DNA of 64,000 nucleotides from IMGVR_UViG_3300046653_000093:124001-188000; one strand, 5' to 3'; numbered from the stretch's first letter, positions 30,738 through 42,363 are shown. Notes: generated by a model not told the origin, from the letters alone. A program made the numbers and translations.

Positions 30738-31388
30738 TTATGGAAGGATGTTATCAACCACATTAATCAAACCTGCTGCATCAAGAGAGCCACGGCGCTT
30801 TCCAAGATCTGTCTGCCTTTCAAATGCATCATTATCAATGATGGGAATCTGACGAGCATTTGGAGCAGGAACAACGTTCTGGCCTTGACCGAGATATGAA
30901 TAAATATGCTCAGCTACCCAACCCATCGTTTCAGAAATAACATAATCAGAAACCTGATATGTAACTCCTAAGTTACGAATCCAAACATTCTTGATAACAG
31001 TGGTTATTACGTTATCTGAGCCATTGAATCCATCAGCATCGCTTTCGTCTGCTGCAAAAATATCCAGAATGACAATATCAAAAGGAATACGCTGAGAAGC
31101 GGCATGAATAAAGCCACGCGAAAATGCGGAAGCCATCCTCAAATTGTCGAATCTAACACGAGTGCAATCACCAGAAATATCAGTTGACTTCTGAGGAACT
31201 GAATCGATGTGGCCATCAGTTCCGACCTCATCTATCATATGAATGTTTCGGTCTTCCTTGTAGGATATGCTCTGGATAGCGCCGATTGGATTACCATCGA
31301 CTTGAATAATGATCTCAGTTGAAACGCCCGTGCGGGTAACGTTACGACCTGCATCTGTAAGAATTGAACCAGTATGTGGATATACCAT
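30738..31388 (-). CDS. Tail tube protein
   Basis: IIIQVDGNPIGAIQSISYKEDRNIHMIDEVG; immediately downstream of the sheath; AAGGTGA RBS. Confidence 0.85.
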   Translation of the reverse strand: MVYPHTGSILTDAGRNVTRTGVSTEIIIQVDGNPIGAIQSISYKEDRNIHMIDEVGTDGHIDSVPQKSTDISGDCTRVRFDNLRMASAFSRGFIHAASQRIPFDIVILDIFAADESDADGFNGSDNVITTVIKNVWIRNLGVTYQVSDYVISETMGWVAEHIYSYLGQGQNVVPAPNARQIPIIDNDAFERQTDLGKRRGSLDAAGLINVVDNILP

Positions 31389-31402
31389 TTATCACCTTTA
31401 AT

Positions 31403-33868
31403 TTAGCTATTAAGCTTACCAACGTTGATCAAAATATAAATCCAATTAGTTGGATATACTGGTTGAACAGCCACAGTAATATTCCACTGCCTTGGCTCTA
31501 CTGAATCTCTATTTACAGTCAAACCTCCATAAGTAGTGATCAACCTCTGTTGAATGAAGGTTTGCATTAGAGACTGAGCAACAGCAAACAAAGTAGCTTT
31601 GAATGTTGGAGTCTCTGCTCGTCCAATGTATGGAGCGTAAGCTCTGCGCATAGAGAAGGAGATATAATCGCGAATAAATACAATGCTAATTTCCTCTTCA
31701 GTTGGCTCAAGAGAAGAAACTGTCGTCTTGCCCCAGATTACATTACCACCACCCTGGACAGGAGTAAGTACAGTAATTCCAGAGTTTACGATATTTTCTA
31801 CAACCAATGGAGAGAAAAGCTTGTTACGCAGAATACTAAATCCAACCAATCTCTTATTCGTAAGAGGTTCTTGAATTTGTGTATTACCAGAGAAATAACC
31901 TGCTACTGCCGCCGCAATAAAGAATCCGTCAATGAGAATGTTGTTTGCCCCAGCCTGAACGACAATCTGATCAGGATAGAAGTATACAACTCGGTACGAA
32001 TCTCCAAATGCATCTGGAACACTATAGTTAGCCAAATCCTCGGTATTTCCTACCAAAATATCCGCAACTGATGCGCCTTGAATACCTTCAAGAATACCGA
32101 TGTCTTCAACTGCTGCAGGTTTATTACCAATTACATTATCCGGCGTAAGGCCCTGAATAGCGCCTATGAACAAAAGCCTTTCATGTTTATTGCGGATGTC
32201 GCTCTGTGTCTCAACATGCACTTTTCCATTCTGGAAAATAGCACTAATCGTCTGGCTTGGTAGAGGCACAACCATATCGATATCGATTGCTTCCGCTGCT
32301 GTATAAGCTTCTAGCCATCCGGCATCATAAAAGTCAGCGTCCTTGGCATCTATTAAGGTGCAACGTAGCGACTGACCAAGGCTAAGTGCCATGTCTCTGG
32401 TCCAAAGGATTCGAGCACTAGATAATGATGAATCAACAACTTCGAACTGAATACCATTCTCACTAACAAATGGGGTGGCACGCTTGATTTTTAGCTGATC
32501 TTGAACAACTGCAACAATCTCAAATGTTCCATCGTTTCCATTTATAGAATCGAATATTACCACCGAGCGTGTAGCGGCAAGGTCTTCAAGGCCAAACGCA
32601 ACGGTAGCACTTGATAGCTGAGCATAATAACCATCTACCAAGTAGCCATCGCTTACCAAAACACCATCAGCTCCTTCTTTTTGTACCGAAGACTCTTCGA
32701 CAACCGTATAGGAATATGCAAAGTTATCCAAGAATGTAGCTGGATTTTCTGTGTAGAAAGGCTCCTTATTTGGAATAATTTGAGTCTCTAGCTTGGTAAC
32801 TGGATCAGTTACAAAGAAATGAATATCGTTATCAGAATCTGGGGTAACATTCAAAGGAAGAATGAATGTAACATCATCAACATCATTGAAGCCATCGGCT
32901 GATTTAACAAGATCATATGATAAGCGTCTTGGAACTGAAGGCTTGGCTTGAATTGTATAGATGCCAGGAGTTCCGTTTGCCCATGCTAATTGAGCACCCA
33001 ACGATACTCTATTGGTAACCGATGGTTGTCCATGCTTTGCAATTACAGCATTCAAATCTGAGAAGAACTGTGGATCATTGAGTGATGCAAAAGAGATATA
33101 ACGAGCAGTAAGATTATCTCCACTTACCAAAGTTCCGCTTTGAACTTCAACAACAAAGTTGTCTCCTTCAATGAACGGCGTAGCGCCTTCCGAGATTGAA
33201 AAACTCAAAACTCCATTAGAAATAAGTATTCCATTTGATTGCCAAGTGATTTGATTTCCGTAACCGTCTAGTAGAGTTCCGCTTACCGAACCACGAGCAA
33301 TAAACTTTGCGTAACCATCGATTGGTTGTCCCATCGAATTTCGACGAACGCTTGAGCAACGAATCGTCCAAGTTTCTGGCGGGGCATTCACATCAACGAG
33401 CGTCAGATTTGAGATAGTTCCATTTCCAGAATTGCTTCCAGCCGCCAAATAGAACGAGCCTCCCTGATCTACTAATGAAGCACCCTGCAACAAAATCTCT
33501 CCAGTTGTTGGGTCTACCTCGGCATCATATCCGGGGAAGTTCCCATCAATGGTATGTTCAAACACCTTAAGTGTGATACCATTCTTGAAAAGCAAAGATC
33601 TGTTTTGAACAACTGGAGCTACGACAGTCTGCCCTTTCCCAAAAAGGAAGCGACGCCCATCAGAGCCTTTGGTTGTGGAATAAGTTGGGTCAAACCCATC
33701 GTTGCCCTTGCCATTAGCTGATCCAACAAGAACTTCTTCCGTTAAACCTTCACCAATAATAACTGGTATACGATTACCAACTGGTACGCTAACACCGGTC
33801 TGAATCGTTCTGGTTTCGGAATACGCACCAGGTACAACGCTAGAGGCTCCAGGTATGTCGGCTGCCAT
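31403..33868 (-). CDS. Contractile tail sheath protein
   Basis: N-terminal PGAYSET; C-terminal AAAVAG, EPLTNK, GITVL, WGKTT, EISIVFIRDY, VQPVYPTNWIYI; GAGGT RBS. Confidence 0.92.
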   Translation of the reverse strand: MAADIPGASSVVPGAYSETRTIQTGVSVPVGNRIPVIIGEGLTEEVLVGSANGKGNDGFDPTYSTTKGSDGRRFLFGKGQTVVAPVVQNRSLLFKNGITLKVFEHTIDGNFPGYDAEVDPTTGEILLQGASLVDQGGSFYLAAGSNSGNGTISNLTLVDVNAPPETWTIRCSSVRRNSMGQPIDGYAKFIARGSVSGTLLDGYGNQITWQSNGILISNGVLSFSISEGATPFIEGDNFVVEVQSGTLVSGDNLTARYISFASLNDPQFFSDLNAVIAKHGQPSVTNRVSLGAQLAWANGTPGIYTIQAKPSVPRRLSYDLVKSADGFNDVDDVTFILPLNVTPDSDNDIHFFVTDPVTKLETQIIPNKEPFYTENPATFLDNFAYSYTVVEESSVQKEGADGVLVSDGYLVDGYYAQLSSATVAFGLEDLAATRSVVIFDSINGNDGTFEIVAVVQDQLKIKRATPFVSENGIQFEVVDSSLSSARILWTRDMALSLGQSLRCTLIDAKDADFYDAGWLEAYTAAEAIDIDMVVPLPSQTISAIFQNGKVHVETQSDIRNKHERLLFIGAIQGLTPDNVIGNKPAAVEDIGILEGIQGASVADILVGNTEDLANYSVPDAFGDSYRVVYFYPDQIVVQAGANNILIDGFFIAAAVAGYFSGNTQIQEPLTNKRLVGFSILRNKLFSPLVVENIVNSGITVLTPVQGGGNVIWGKTTVSSLEPTEEEISIVFIRDYISFSMRRAYAPYIGRAETPTFKATLFAVAQSLMQTFIQQRLITTYGGLTVNRDSVEPRQWNITVAVQPVYPTNWIYILINVGKLNS

Positions 33869-34554
33869 TAGACCACCTCATGAATAAGTTTGTTTGTTTT
33901 GTTGTTGATACGCTTCATGCTAGCTCCCAAAATGATATTCTCTTTCGATCTGAGCGGTCTAAGATTCTCCAATCTCCATGCGTCTTTAAACCCAGGATCG
34001 GACTCGCAACTATATACATGAGTAGCCATAGGTTTGATATGATCTAATTGCCAAGTCCAAGTATTTGAATCATTTTCGCCCCATGTTTTTGGATTGTAGT
34101 TGCCCCAATTGTTCCAATTCATCCAAGGTTCGAATTTTGATTCTAAATGCAATTTCAATTCCTCAATAGAATACGGCAAAAATGCCAGAGTATCTATAAT
34201 CTTAGCGATGTTGCGGCTAGTGAGGGCATGCTTGATGCGCCTAGATACTCTTTTCTTCAACTTAATATGAACTTGATTTTCGTAATTTTCTCTATAAACC
34301 CTAACACGGTCTATATTTTTCATCTTCCAATTTTTCTTATAATCAGGATTTTCTTTGGTAAAATTTTTGGTTCTTTCTCTGGCCACGTCTGAGTTTTTTC
34401 TCTGAAAATCGCGACACTCTTCTCTCTCACAATCTATACATTTATTTCTAAAGTAAAGTGGTACTTTGTTCCTGCTTAGGCATTGCCGAAAATTTTTAGA
34501 TATCAAGTCCTTTTTGACGCCACATTTGACGCATATTCTAAGTATATTCTCCAT
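33868..34554 (-). mobile_element. Free-standing HNH-family homing endonuclease-like gene
   Basis: N-terminal CxxC...CxxC; LKLHLESKFEPWMNWNNWG, WQLDHIKP, NLRPL...EN. Confidence 0.8.
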
Positions 34555-34594
34555 ACAATCTCAGCTTTGCATTAAACTTATGCTCAGATATGCG

Positions 34595-35404
34595 TTACAA
34601 AGCCTCGATTTGATCCAGAATCGATATGGACTCACTTATTGCAATATTGGGATTTGTAACGGTTTCAGATCCCCATGCCCTGAAATCTACGCAAAAATTG
34701 ATACGCTCTACTATATTTTCTATTGGAATTAGGCGTCTCCACTCTGTACGAATATCCACGGTAATGGTTGCTTTGTAGAGTTTATCTTGTTGCCTATCTT
34801 CGCCTTCAGAAATTCCGCCAAGGGTTGGCTGCCCAGATTTCACTAACACACCGGCTTTTCTCAAACTATCAAATCTGATATCGGTAAAAAGCAGCATCAC
34901 CATACTTACCAAATTATCCCTATCTAAAATATCTCGGCTTATTACATCAATTGAAATTGTGCCTTCCCATGCACCGGCAAGGTCAATATATTTTGGAATG
35001 AAGAATTCTTTAGCATTACCGTAGCCATCAACTACGAGTTGCTTTTCATGTTCCACCACATCCCTATTTCTGTTTATTGAAATAGGAACGGATCTGGCCG
35101 AAATCATTTTTACCAGAAGAGCAGGGTAGAATATTGCATCGAACCTGAACGCCTCGCCGATGAAGATACGAGTGGTTTGTTCATCATTATTGAGTCCCGC
35201 CTCTAATGACAGATCTGTATGATCAGGAACTTTTGGATAGCCCCACTCATCAGCTACATAATGAAACCAAGAATCCTTCGCAAACTCTTCCCGGAGCATC
35301 CCGATGATGAGTTCCTTAGGATAGGCCATCAGGGTGTTTTGAACAACATGATGGATCTGGTTCAGGTCATGCCTTACAAAGCTTCCAGTTCCCGGGGTGG
35401 TCAT
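34595..35404 (-). CDS. Tail completion/terminator-like neck protein
   Basis: Upstream of the sheath; YPALLV, WEGTISIDVISRD...RDNL, LYKATITVDIRTEW pattern. Confidence 0.6.
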   Translation of the reverse strand: MTTPGTGSFVRHDLNQIHHVVQNTLMAYPKELIIGMLREEFAKDSWFHYVADEWGYPKVPDHTDLSLEAGLNNDEQTTRIFIGEAFRFDAIFYPALLVKMISARSVPISINRNRDVVEHEKQLVVDGYGNAKEFFIPKYIDLAGAWEGTISIDVISRDILDRDNLVSMVMLLFTDIRFDSLRKAGVLVKSGQPTLGGISEGEDRQQDKLYKATITVDIRTEWRRLIPIENIVERINFCVDFRAWGSETVTNPNIAISESISILDQIEAL

Positions 35405-35437
35405 ACCGAAATGCTGGATTATGGCGATACGAATAAT

Positions 35438-38400
35438 TTAGCCAAAGAATGGTCTTGGCCTATAAATTGTGATATTTGCCCACTTTGGATTTGATACATA
35501 TACATTACTTACAGTTATAAATCCAGTAGTTGTAGCCCCACCGACATATACATTGAGATCAAAAAAACCATCGGAAGCCATTACGTGATGTATTGGCATT
35601 ATCACGGTATACGTACCAGGAGTAAGTGGAGACATACTATATGTCTCCACTGGTACGGAATTTTCCGACGCAGCTGCGCTCAAAAACAAATCGCCACCTG
35701 ATGGTACGAAAACCCTTAGATAAATTTCTGCAAAGATAGTATCGCCAGTCAAAAGACTTGTAGAATACTTAACATCATTTGATGATGTATCAGGTAGCGC
35801 TGTTGTTGGGATTGTTACCGGAGCCGTTGGGCTTTGATATGCAATTCTATTATTTCCAAAAGCTAAGCCATTGGTCGTAATTATATATTGGTCATCTATA
35901 ACAAGATGACTGAAAGCATTATCTCGCACCACGCTGTTTGGAGCATGAATCCAACCACCAAAACCAAGCGTGCCATTCTGATGCTCTAACGTATTTCCAA
36001 CAACTACTGTAGGTTGCTCTGTTGCTATCGGGGGAGTAAAGAAATATATTCCCCAGCCATTTGTTGGAATATTCTTTATAACGTTACCAGTGATTGTGCC
36101 ACCACAACCCCAAATTGTTAGGTTGTAATCGAATCCATCAATCTGGTTTCCTGAGCATACAACAGAACCACCATCATTACTAGTAATAATTAGGCCAATT
36201 GGCGTAAATGGATTTGGGGGGCCTGGAATCGGTATAAGCGACAAGAACATTCCTGTATAACCAAGAATGACAACATTTCCAGACACAACACTCTTGAATA
36301 ATCCACTACTAGAAGTAGCATCAGCCTTCAAGAAATATGCATGGTTGTTAGTTACAATATTCTCAACCGGGAACTCTGGTACATCTGTAACTCCAATGCC
36401 ATATGTATATGGAGCCGCAAAGATATTTGCCGTTGCAGAAACGCCAGAATAAATAACCTCGGCTATATTATCCTGCACAAAGAATGATCCGCTCATAGCA
36501 ACATTGAATGGACTTCCCTGAACCATCCATCCTATGTATCCGAACCTGTTATTTCGAATGGATACATTAGAAACCAAAGCTCTGCTGCGTTGAAGATACT
36601 GTCCAGCATTAAGGTTATCTGGAATCCATCTTGATGTGATAATCATTCCCTGTTGAGCATCAACAGTATTTCCTGATATTACAGTATCTATAAATAACTG
36701 ACCATCATTAGCTGGGTCTGTTTCTGTATTTATAAAAGCAAGTGCCAAAGCAGTAGTCGAATTACCAAGGCCAACTGGCGTGCCACCAACAACAACAGTT
36801 CCACTATCAGAAAACCTATTGTTTGTAAATTTTCCGTTAGCAAACTCAGACCCATTTCCATAAACAGCTATGAATGGAGGCCTTTTATTTGAATCTGCAA
36901 AGAAAACACAATTATCCACTCCATAGTTATCAATGAATCCAAGATTGACCATATCTACCAATACAGCTCCCCAGTTTCCATCAGTGCCTGTCAGGCCAAT
37001 CGCGCTGGTATTGAAGAACTCATCAGGATATGTAGTCGCATAGCTAGAAAATGAAGCATCACGGTGTGGATGGTAATTTATAGTAGCTTCTTCAATTCTC
37101 CAATTACCACTCTTAAATGATAGCCCTTTGGCGCTATTTATCTCGTATGTTCCACCTTTAAGTGTAACAAAATTATTGAAGGCTAGTTGCATCTCGGAAT
37201 TGATCGTTACAGTTTTGACCTTTACCTCAGCAACTCCATATTCATTCACCCAGTTCACCAAAGCCTGTGGAGTAATAAAGTTGGCATTGTATCCGGCAAC
37301 TTGTTCCGTTGATGCCCAGGTGAAAGAACCGATATCCTGGTTGATGACATGTCTACGGGCATCAGTCACCAACAATGAAGAGAAGCCACCAGGATCTCCA
37401 ATAGTTACCATGGCTTTAGCTATAATTGTAAGGTCTTTCCTAGTATCTACAATATTTCTAAATGACAGAGATTCCACAAAGTATAGGCTATTTACCTCAA
37501 AGAATTCTACACCGGTATCTTTTACAATGGCTTTTAGCTGTCCCGTTTCAGTCACGCAAATGAAGAACTCAACAACGTTAGTGATAGAAGATCTAACTTC
37601 TGGCAGTTTTACTTCTAGAGAATCAACCGGAACAAATGCGCCATTTACAAGCGCCATACCACCATTAAAGGTTAGCACGGAATTTGTAGCATCTGAAAAT
37701 CCAAACGTAAAGCCTCTAACAACACCATTGGTATGAAGATAACGCTCACCAGCCTCAATAAATTTGATAGCTGAATCTGTAAAGTTTTCCTCTGATAATG
37801 TACCAAATTCTCTCAAATCTGTAACAGACATGAAAGCTTGATCATTGTGACTTACACCGGCTATAACGAAGTATTCCTCATTCTCTATTAGACTACCGAA
37901 TAGCTCAATGTACGTCCATCCCAAGGATGGTATCGTGGTACCAGGATCAGCAACATCGTCTCTAAACTCAATATCAATGAAATTAACAAAGGTAACATCA
38001 TAAAGTCTAATTATGGAATTCTTCTTACCATTGACAACATTACCAATATTTGCGCCATTCAAATCGCTAAGGTATATAGTAAATTCACCAGTTGATGAGT
38101 TGTATCCAATAACGTTAAGTGTAATGTAATTGCGGAAATTAGAGCCGCCATAACCCTTCAACTTTGGTGAGACTCTTCGAATATTCCATCCGGAAAGACC
38201 AGCAACTCCAGTGCCTCCAACACCACCAGATGCTGCACCTGGTATACCTGGCGTGTTAGTAATGCTATCACTCTTGGGAATTCTAGCGCGCTCAACAGAA
38301 ACAGACTTACCAAGGTTATTTATGAATACTTCATGATAGTGGTTGTATCCTAACGGATCGTCACCGACCATATTATTCAAATTGAAAAATACAGAATCAT

Positions 38401-40513
38401 CTGAAAGATAAATCTTAACAGGGCTAGGAATACTAGATAGTGTAGGATCCCCCGTTCCATGAACACCATTTATAACTGTAATGTCTGTTTCTCCAACACC
38501 ACCACAAGTGAACGAAACACTATCAATAATAAATCTTCCATATGCTGTAATATCTGGATTAGTAGGATCTATAGGTTGAACCACAATGGTTCTTCCAGCA
38601 TTCAACCCCTCAGTTGCCAGATCTAATGGAATGGTATATTTTACTGCGTTTGGATAACCAGTTACATTACTAGCTGTGGCAACCCAATATCCATCACCTT
38701 CGGTAAATCTTGGCTTTGCCAAAGAGTCTCTACGATTTCCATTGACAAAAACATTACGCCCACTAACAGGCATAATGATTAGCGTTGAAAAGTTTGCTGC
38801 TGCATCAGCACTTGCAAAAGTACCAATATGGACCGGGGTTGCAAAACCAGCACGGTGTCCACCAAGGCCTAATGCGTCATTGCCATCAACCGCATCTCCT
38901 ACAACATTTCTTACATATATTCCTGGCACCAGTGATAGTGGCGGGGCGTATTGGCCAGAAATAATGCTAAAGGCAGCTCCTCCAATAGAATCCGCCAGCA
39001 TAACACCAAACTCACCCTTGTAATTGAATGCAATAAAACGATAATTGTATCCGGCCTTTCTGAATTGTTTATTTGTCTCCTCAACAATGATATCAAGATT
39101 ATATTTACCAGGAGTTGCTCCAGCATTTCCAGTAATATCGATAGGGGCCAAATTTACAAAAGAAGATGGATTTCCATTTGGATACAATCTAAGATACAAC
39201 AAGTAATGAGTTGCATCTATCTTATTAGCATCAAAACCAATACCAATAGCTACAGCTCCGCGCGGACTTCCTAAAATAACACTATCAACACGAAGGTCTG
39301 AAGATATACTGGTATCTGGGTGAGCACCGGCCGCTGCAACAACGCCCCAAGTATCAATATTGAAATTTGGGCGATCAATTCTAGCAGATCCAAAGTATCC
39401 GTCAGTCCCATCGGCTCTAAATAGATTTGTTGATGTGACTCTAACAGACCAAGAAGATCCTGGCACAAAATTAATGGACTTTATTGGAAGCATTGCCTCA
39501 ACGCCAAAGCCGTAATTAATCCTAACAATATCTCCAACTTTTACATTTGTAAATATATTATCAAAAGAGAAGCTTGTATTTGTTGGGATGAATGTTATAA
39601 CATCATCTCCGTTTCCTATGTTATCATTTGGAGCCAACTGACTAGGCTCTGCCAAATATGCCTGAACTTTTGTTACTGGCACAACATTTACTGTGTATCC
39701 ATCAGACATCAAGTCTTGAATTAGTGCCTTCCTAGAAATTCCATTTGAATTTAGAGTTGCCCGATCAACCCCAATAGATAGGGTTTCTTGATTATCAATG
39801 AAATCTAGAGCCTCTTGAACATTTTGTGTGGTTACTGGAAGCTGCACGAATGTAGAGGCATCCACAGAAATAGCAGCTGCTGTATGAGCTAGAGCTGTAG
39901 CATTTTCGTGCCCAACCAACTCATTATTTATCTCAAGCAATGCTTCGGCGACTTGCGTGGCTGGACGAAGATGATTGTTTCTATCTAATAAACCAGTCCA
40001 CGAATAAGTATCCCTGGAATCAACATGCACTGCATTTATGTCAATATGGCTAGCAACATGTCTCGCTTTAGTCAAATTATCTACGAGAAGTACGCCACCA
40101 GAAATATGAATTAGCAAATTGCTGTTTTCTTCTGCTACAAGCTCTTGAACCAATGCAAGTTGAGACTCAGCCACTGTAATAGCCGAATGCAAATCTGTGG
40201 TGGAATAACTCAGGGCAAGCTTTGTCTCTTGAATTCCGGCATTTGACCCAACTTGATTATCGCTAATTGGAAGAGTAGCCAAACCAATAGCTTGCAAAGC
40301 CTCTGCTCTAGCATTGCCATCAGGGCCAATTAGAACAGAAATACGATCATTCACGCTAGACTTCGATCCTTGCGGATTGATACCAAGCGTTTTCTCAATT
40401 GCAAAAACGGCATCTCTAAGTTGATTGATAGCCTGAGTACCAAACTCAGAGAGATTGTCATCAATCCTCAAAATTGTCGTATCATTATCTAATGAATTTG
40501 GATATCTTATCAT
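35438..40513 (-). CDS. Large virion fiber/appendage protein with a C-terminal beta-helix
   Basis: N-terminal RYPNSLD; HTAAAISV/NVQEALD fiber motifs; Asn-ladder repeats (ISGNTV, IRNNRF, VSGNVV, ITGNVI, VVGNTL). Confidence 0.65.
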   Translation of the reverse strand: MIRYPNSLDNDTTILRIDDNLSEFGTQAINQLRDAVFAIEKTLGINPQGSKSSVNDRISVLIGPDGNARAEALQAIGLATLPISDNQVGSNAGIQETKLALSYSTTDLHSAITVAESQLALVQELVAEENSNLLIHISGGVLLVDNLTKARHVASHIDINAVHVDSRDTYSWTGLLDRNNHLRPATQVAEALLEINNELVGHENATALAHTAAAISVDASTFVQLPVTTQNVQEALDFIDNQETLSIGVDRATLNSNGISRKALIQDLMSDGYTVNVVPVTKVQAYLAEPSQLAPNDNIGNGDDVITFIPTNTSFSFDNIFTNVKVGDIVRINYGFGVEAMLPIKSINFVPGSSWSVRVTSTNLFRADGTDGYFGSARIDRPNFNIDTWGVVAAAGAHPDTSISSDLRVDSVILGSPRGAVAIGIGFDANKIDATHYLLYLRLYPNGNPSSFVNLAPIDITGNAGATPGKYNLDIIVEETNKQFRKAGYNYRFIAFNYKGEFGVMLADSIGGAAFSIISGQYAPPLSLVPGIYVRNVVGDAVDGNDALGLGGHRAGFATPVHIGTFASADAAANFSTLIIMPVSGRNVFVNGNRRDSLAKPRFTEGDGYWVATASNVTGYPNAVKYTIPLDLATEGLNAGRTIVVQPIDPTNPDITAYGRFIIDSVSFTCGGVGETDITVINGVHGTGDPTLSSIPSPVKIYLSDDSVFFNLNNMVGDDPLGYNHYHEVFINNLGKSVSVERARIPKSDSITNTPGIPGAASGGVGGTGVAGLSGWNIRRVSPKLKGYGGSNFRNYITLNVIGYNSSTGEFTIYLSDLNGANIGNVVNGKKNSIIRLYDVTFVNFIDIEFRDDVADPGTTIPSLGWTYIELFGSLIENEEYFVIAGVSHNDQAFMSVTDLREFGTLSEENFTDSAIKFIEAGERYLHTNGVVRGFTFGFSDATNSVLTFNGGMALVNGAFVPVDSLEVKLPEVRSSITNVVEFFICVTETGQLKAIVKDTGVEFFEVNSLYFVESLSFRNIVDTRKDLTIIAKAMVTIGDPGGFSSLLVTDARRHVINQDIGSFTWASTEQVAGYNANFITPQALVNWVNEYGVAEVKVKTVTINSEMQLAFNNFVTLKGGTYEINSAKGLSFKSGNWRIEEATINYHPHRDASFSSYATTYPDEFFNTSAIGLTGTDGNWGAVLVDMVNLGFIDNYGVDNCVFFADSNKRPPFIAVYGNGSEFANGKFTNNRFSDSGTVVVGGTPVGLGNSTTALALAFINTETDPANDGQLFIDTVISGNTVDAQQGMIITSRWIPDNLNAGQYLQRSRALVSNVSIRNNRFGYIGWMVQGSPFNVAMSGSFFVQDNIAEVIYSGVSATANIFAAPYTYGIGVTDVPEFPVENIVTNNHAYFLKADATSSSGLFKSVVSGNVVILGYTGMFLSLIPIPGPPNPFTPIGLIITSNDGGSVVCSGNQIDGFDYNLTIWGCGGTITGNVIKNIPTNGWGIYFFTPPIATEQPTVVVGNTLEHQNGTLGFGGWIHAPNSVVRDNAFSHLVIDDQYIITTNGLAFGNNRIAYQSPTAPVTIPTTALPDTSSNDVKYSTSLLTGDTIFAEIYLRVFVPSGGDLFLSAAASENSVPVETYSMSPLTPGTYTVIMPIHHVMASDGFFDLNVYVGGATTTGFITVSNVYVSNPKWANITIYRPRPFFG

Positions 40514-40524
40514 ATTCTTCTCAA

Positions 40525-42339
40525 TTATATTCGAATAAACTCAAAATCTCCCCAATTGTTATTACTAACAAACATTTGAGTAATAATACCTGAATCTGAA
40601 ACTCCAGCAGATGCCCAAACCTGCACACCAAATGCACCAGGTGATGACTGCGCTTGCCAATAAATAGGAATCGTAACATATTCAAGTGCAGTCGCTGCTA
40701 TTTGAAGAGTAAAGTCAGCAACATCAACTGCATCTTCATAAACTCTAATATTAAGCAAAATAGTACCGGAGGTTACATTAACCTTGAAATATATATTTCC
40801 TCTAATAATATCACCAGTAAGTACACCTGCCCAAGCAACATTTACAAAATTAGCATCAGTATCTTGTATTTGTATATATCCACCAGTGTTACTCACGGTA
40901 AAATTAATTCCATTAGTCGGAAAACCTGATTGAGCCGCAACTGTTGGTTGTTGAATAACATTTCCGCCGGAAAGACGAGTTAGAATTGTATCTAATCCCT
41001 GCGAAAAAAGAACGCCGCCATTAACAAATAAATAAACGCCAGACGGAGCTGTAACCGGAACAGCAGCGCTTTCTGTTATCTGCAGCGTACTACCAGCAAA
41101 ACTAACTTTCCCAAGATTTGAGTTTATGTTTACGTTACCATCGCCACTAAGATTGACACTGAATCCAGCGTTCAAATTTAAGTCTCCACCAATTCCGGTA
41201 TTGCTATTTTGAGCTTGAATAGTTAATGGTTGACCAGTGGCTAATGAAACTTGAGTAGTATCTTGAGATATTGTTGGGGTAACATCATCTGCACTAAATA
41301 TGACGTTAGATATGATATCACCTAAAAATGATATCCCTCCACCAGGCGAACTATATATATAAACATTTCCAGCCACATTGGTGTTCGGGTTATACCCAGA
41401 CTCTAGCCACAAATTACCAGGGCTTCCACCTGGGAAATGTGGTGCACCATTGATAATTGACTGAGCCCTAATAAACATATCAGTGGCAATTTCTACATCA
41501 TGGTCCCCTTGCGATAATAGAGCCGGATAAGCCTTATCAAACATCAGGCCAGTAGCAATAACATCAACAATACCTGGATAGCTAGTTAGATATACATTTC
41601 CTTTTTGGCCATTAAGAGTATCTCCAGATTCAAGAAATAAATTGCTAGGAGATCCAGAAGTATTCGTATTTCTCTGAGAAACGATGCGTAAATCGTTAGC
41701 TGCTCCTGAAGTGCTAATGTCGGCTTGTGTTATAACCGGATCAATAACAGAACTATTGAATTGTAAAATAGGCGAAGTCAAATCAATTGGAGCATCTCCA
41801 CTTATCAAACGTAAAGTTCCCCAATTGGCCGATGTTGAAATATTAGTGCCAGAAGCCAGCCATAATTCACCACCAGTACCTGAGAAAACAGAGTCTAAAT
41901 TACTTTGTGCTTGAATTAGAAAATATGGAGCCCCACCAGGATAATTAGCAGAATCTTGAGATATTAATGGATACGCAGCACTAGCATCAAATATCAAACC
42001 AGAATATCCTCCATCATAGCTTATCTTGAGAGGCGATGGCTCAATATCATTAGTAGTTGTGAACTCAATATCATTAGTAGTTGTGAACATCGGAATTGAT
42101 CCGGGGTTCGTGTCGATACTCCACGGTGTTCCAAGAGTCACAACATTTCCAAGCGTAATTAATAGGTTGTACAAATCAACCAACGCTTGTTGAACGTTTC
42201 CTGAATAAATCTCAGAGATATTGCTGGCTGGATGAATCCAATCCCCGCCGGTCACGTGGGCATTAAAGTCCTGCTTAGCCGTAGCGGAAAATCCAGCTTG
42301 AATAGTCCGATTAGAACCTATGAATCTAGTCCTTGCCAT
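40525..42339 (-). CDS. Fiber-like virion protein
   Basis: HPASNI...NVQQAL N-terminal motif; repeated ISQD...IQAQ...GGxLxLxxG units; C-terminal domain homologous to that of the 1691-aa protein. Confidence 0.6.
   Translation of the reverse strand: MARTRFIGSNRTIQAGFSATAKQDFNAHVTGGDWIHPASNISEIYSGNVQQALVDLYNLLITLGNVVTLGTPWSIDTNPGSIPMFTTTNDIEFTTTNDIEPSPLKISYDGGYSGLIFDASAAYPLISQDSANYPGGAPYFLIQAQSNLDSVFSGTGGELWLASGTNISTSANWGTLRLISGDAPIDLTSPILQFNSSVIDPVITQADISTSGAANDLRIVSQRNTNTSGSPSNLFLESGDTLNGQKGNVYLTSYPGIVDVIATGLMFDKAYPALLSQGDHDVEIATDMFIRAQSIINGAPHFPGGSPGNLWLESGYNPNTNVAGNVYIYSSPGGGISFLGDIISNVIFSADDVTPTISQDTTQVSLATGQPLTIQAQNSNTGIGGDLNLNAGFSVNLSGDGNVNINSNLGKVSFAGSTLQITESAAVPVTAPSGVYLFVNGGVLFSQGLDTILTRLSGGNVIQQPTVAAQSGFPTNGINFTVSNTGGYIQIQDTDANFVNVAWAGVLTGDIIRGNIYFKVNVTSGTILLNIRVYEDAVDVADFTLQIAATALEYVTIPIYWQAQSSPGAFGVQVWASAGVSDSGIITQMFVSNNNWGDFEFIRI
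42040..42087. repeat. Exact 24-bp tandem duplication (in frame)
   Basis: ctcaatatcattagtagttgtgaa x2, giving FTTTNDIE-FTTTNDIE. Confidence 0.95.
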
Positions 42340-42363
42340 ATTCTAATGCCCCAATATTGCGAG

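Noticed and set aside
12005-33868. Extracellular contractile injection system or tailocin
   Set aside because: A major capsid protein, decoration and neck proteins, and homing endonucleases in the same operon indicate a true phage.
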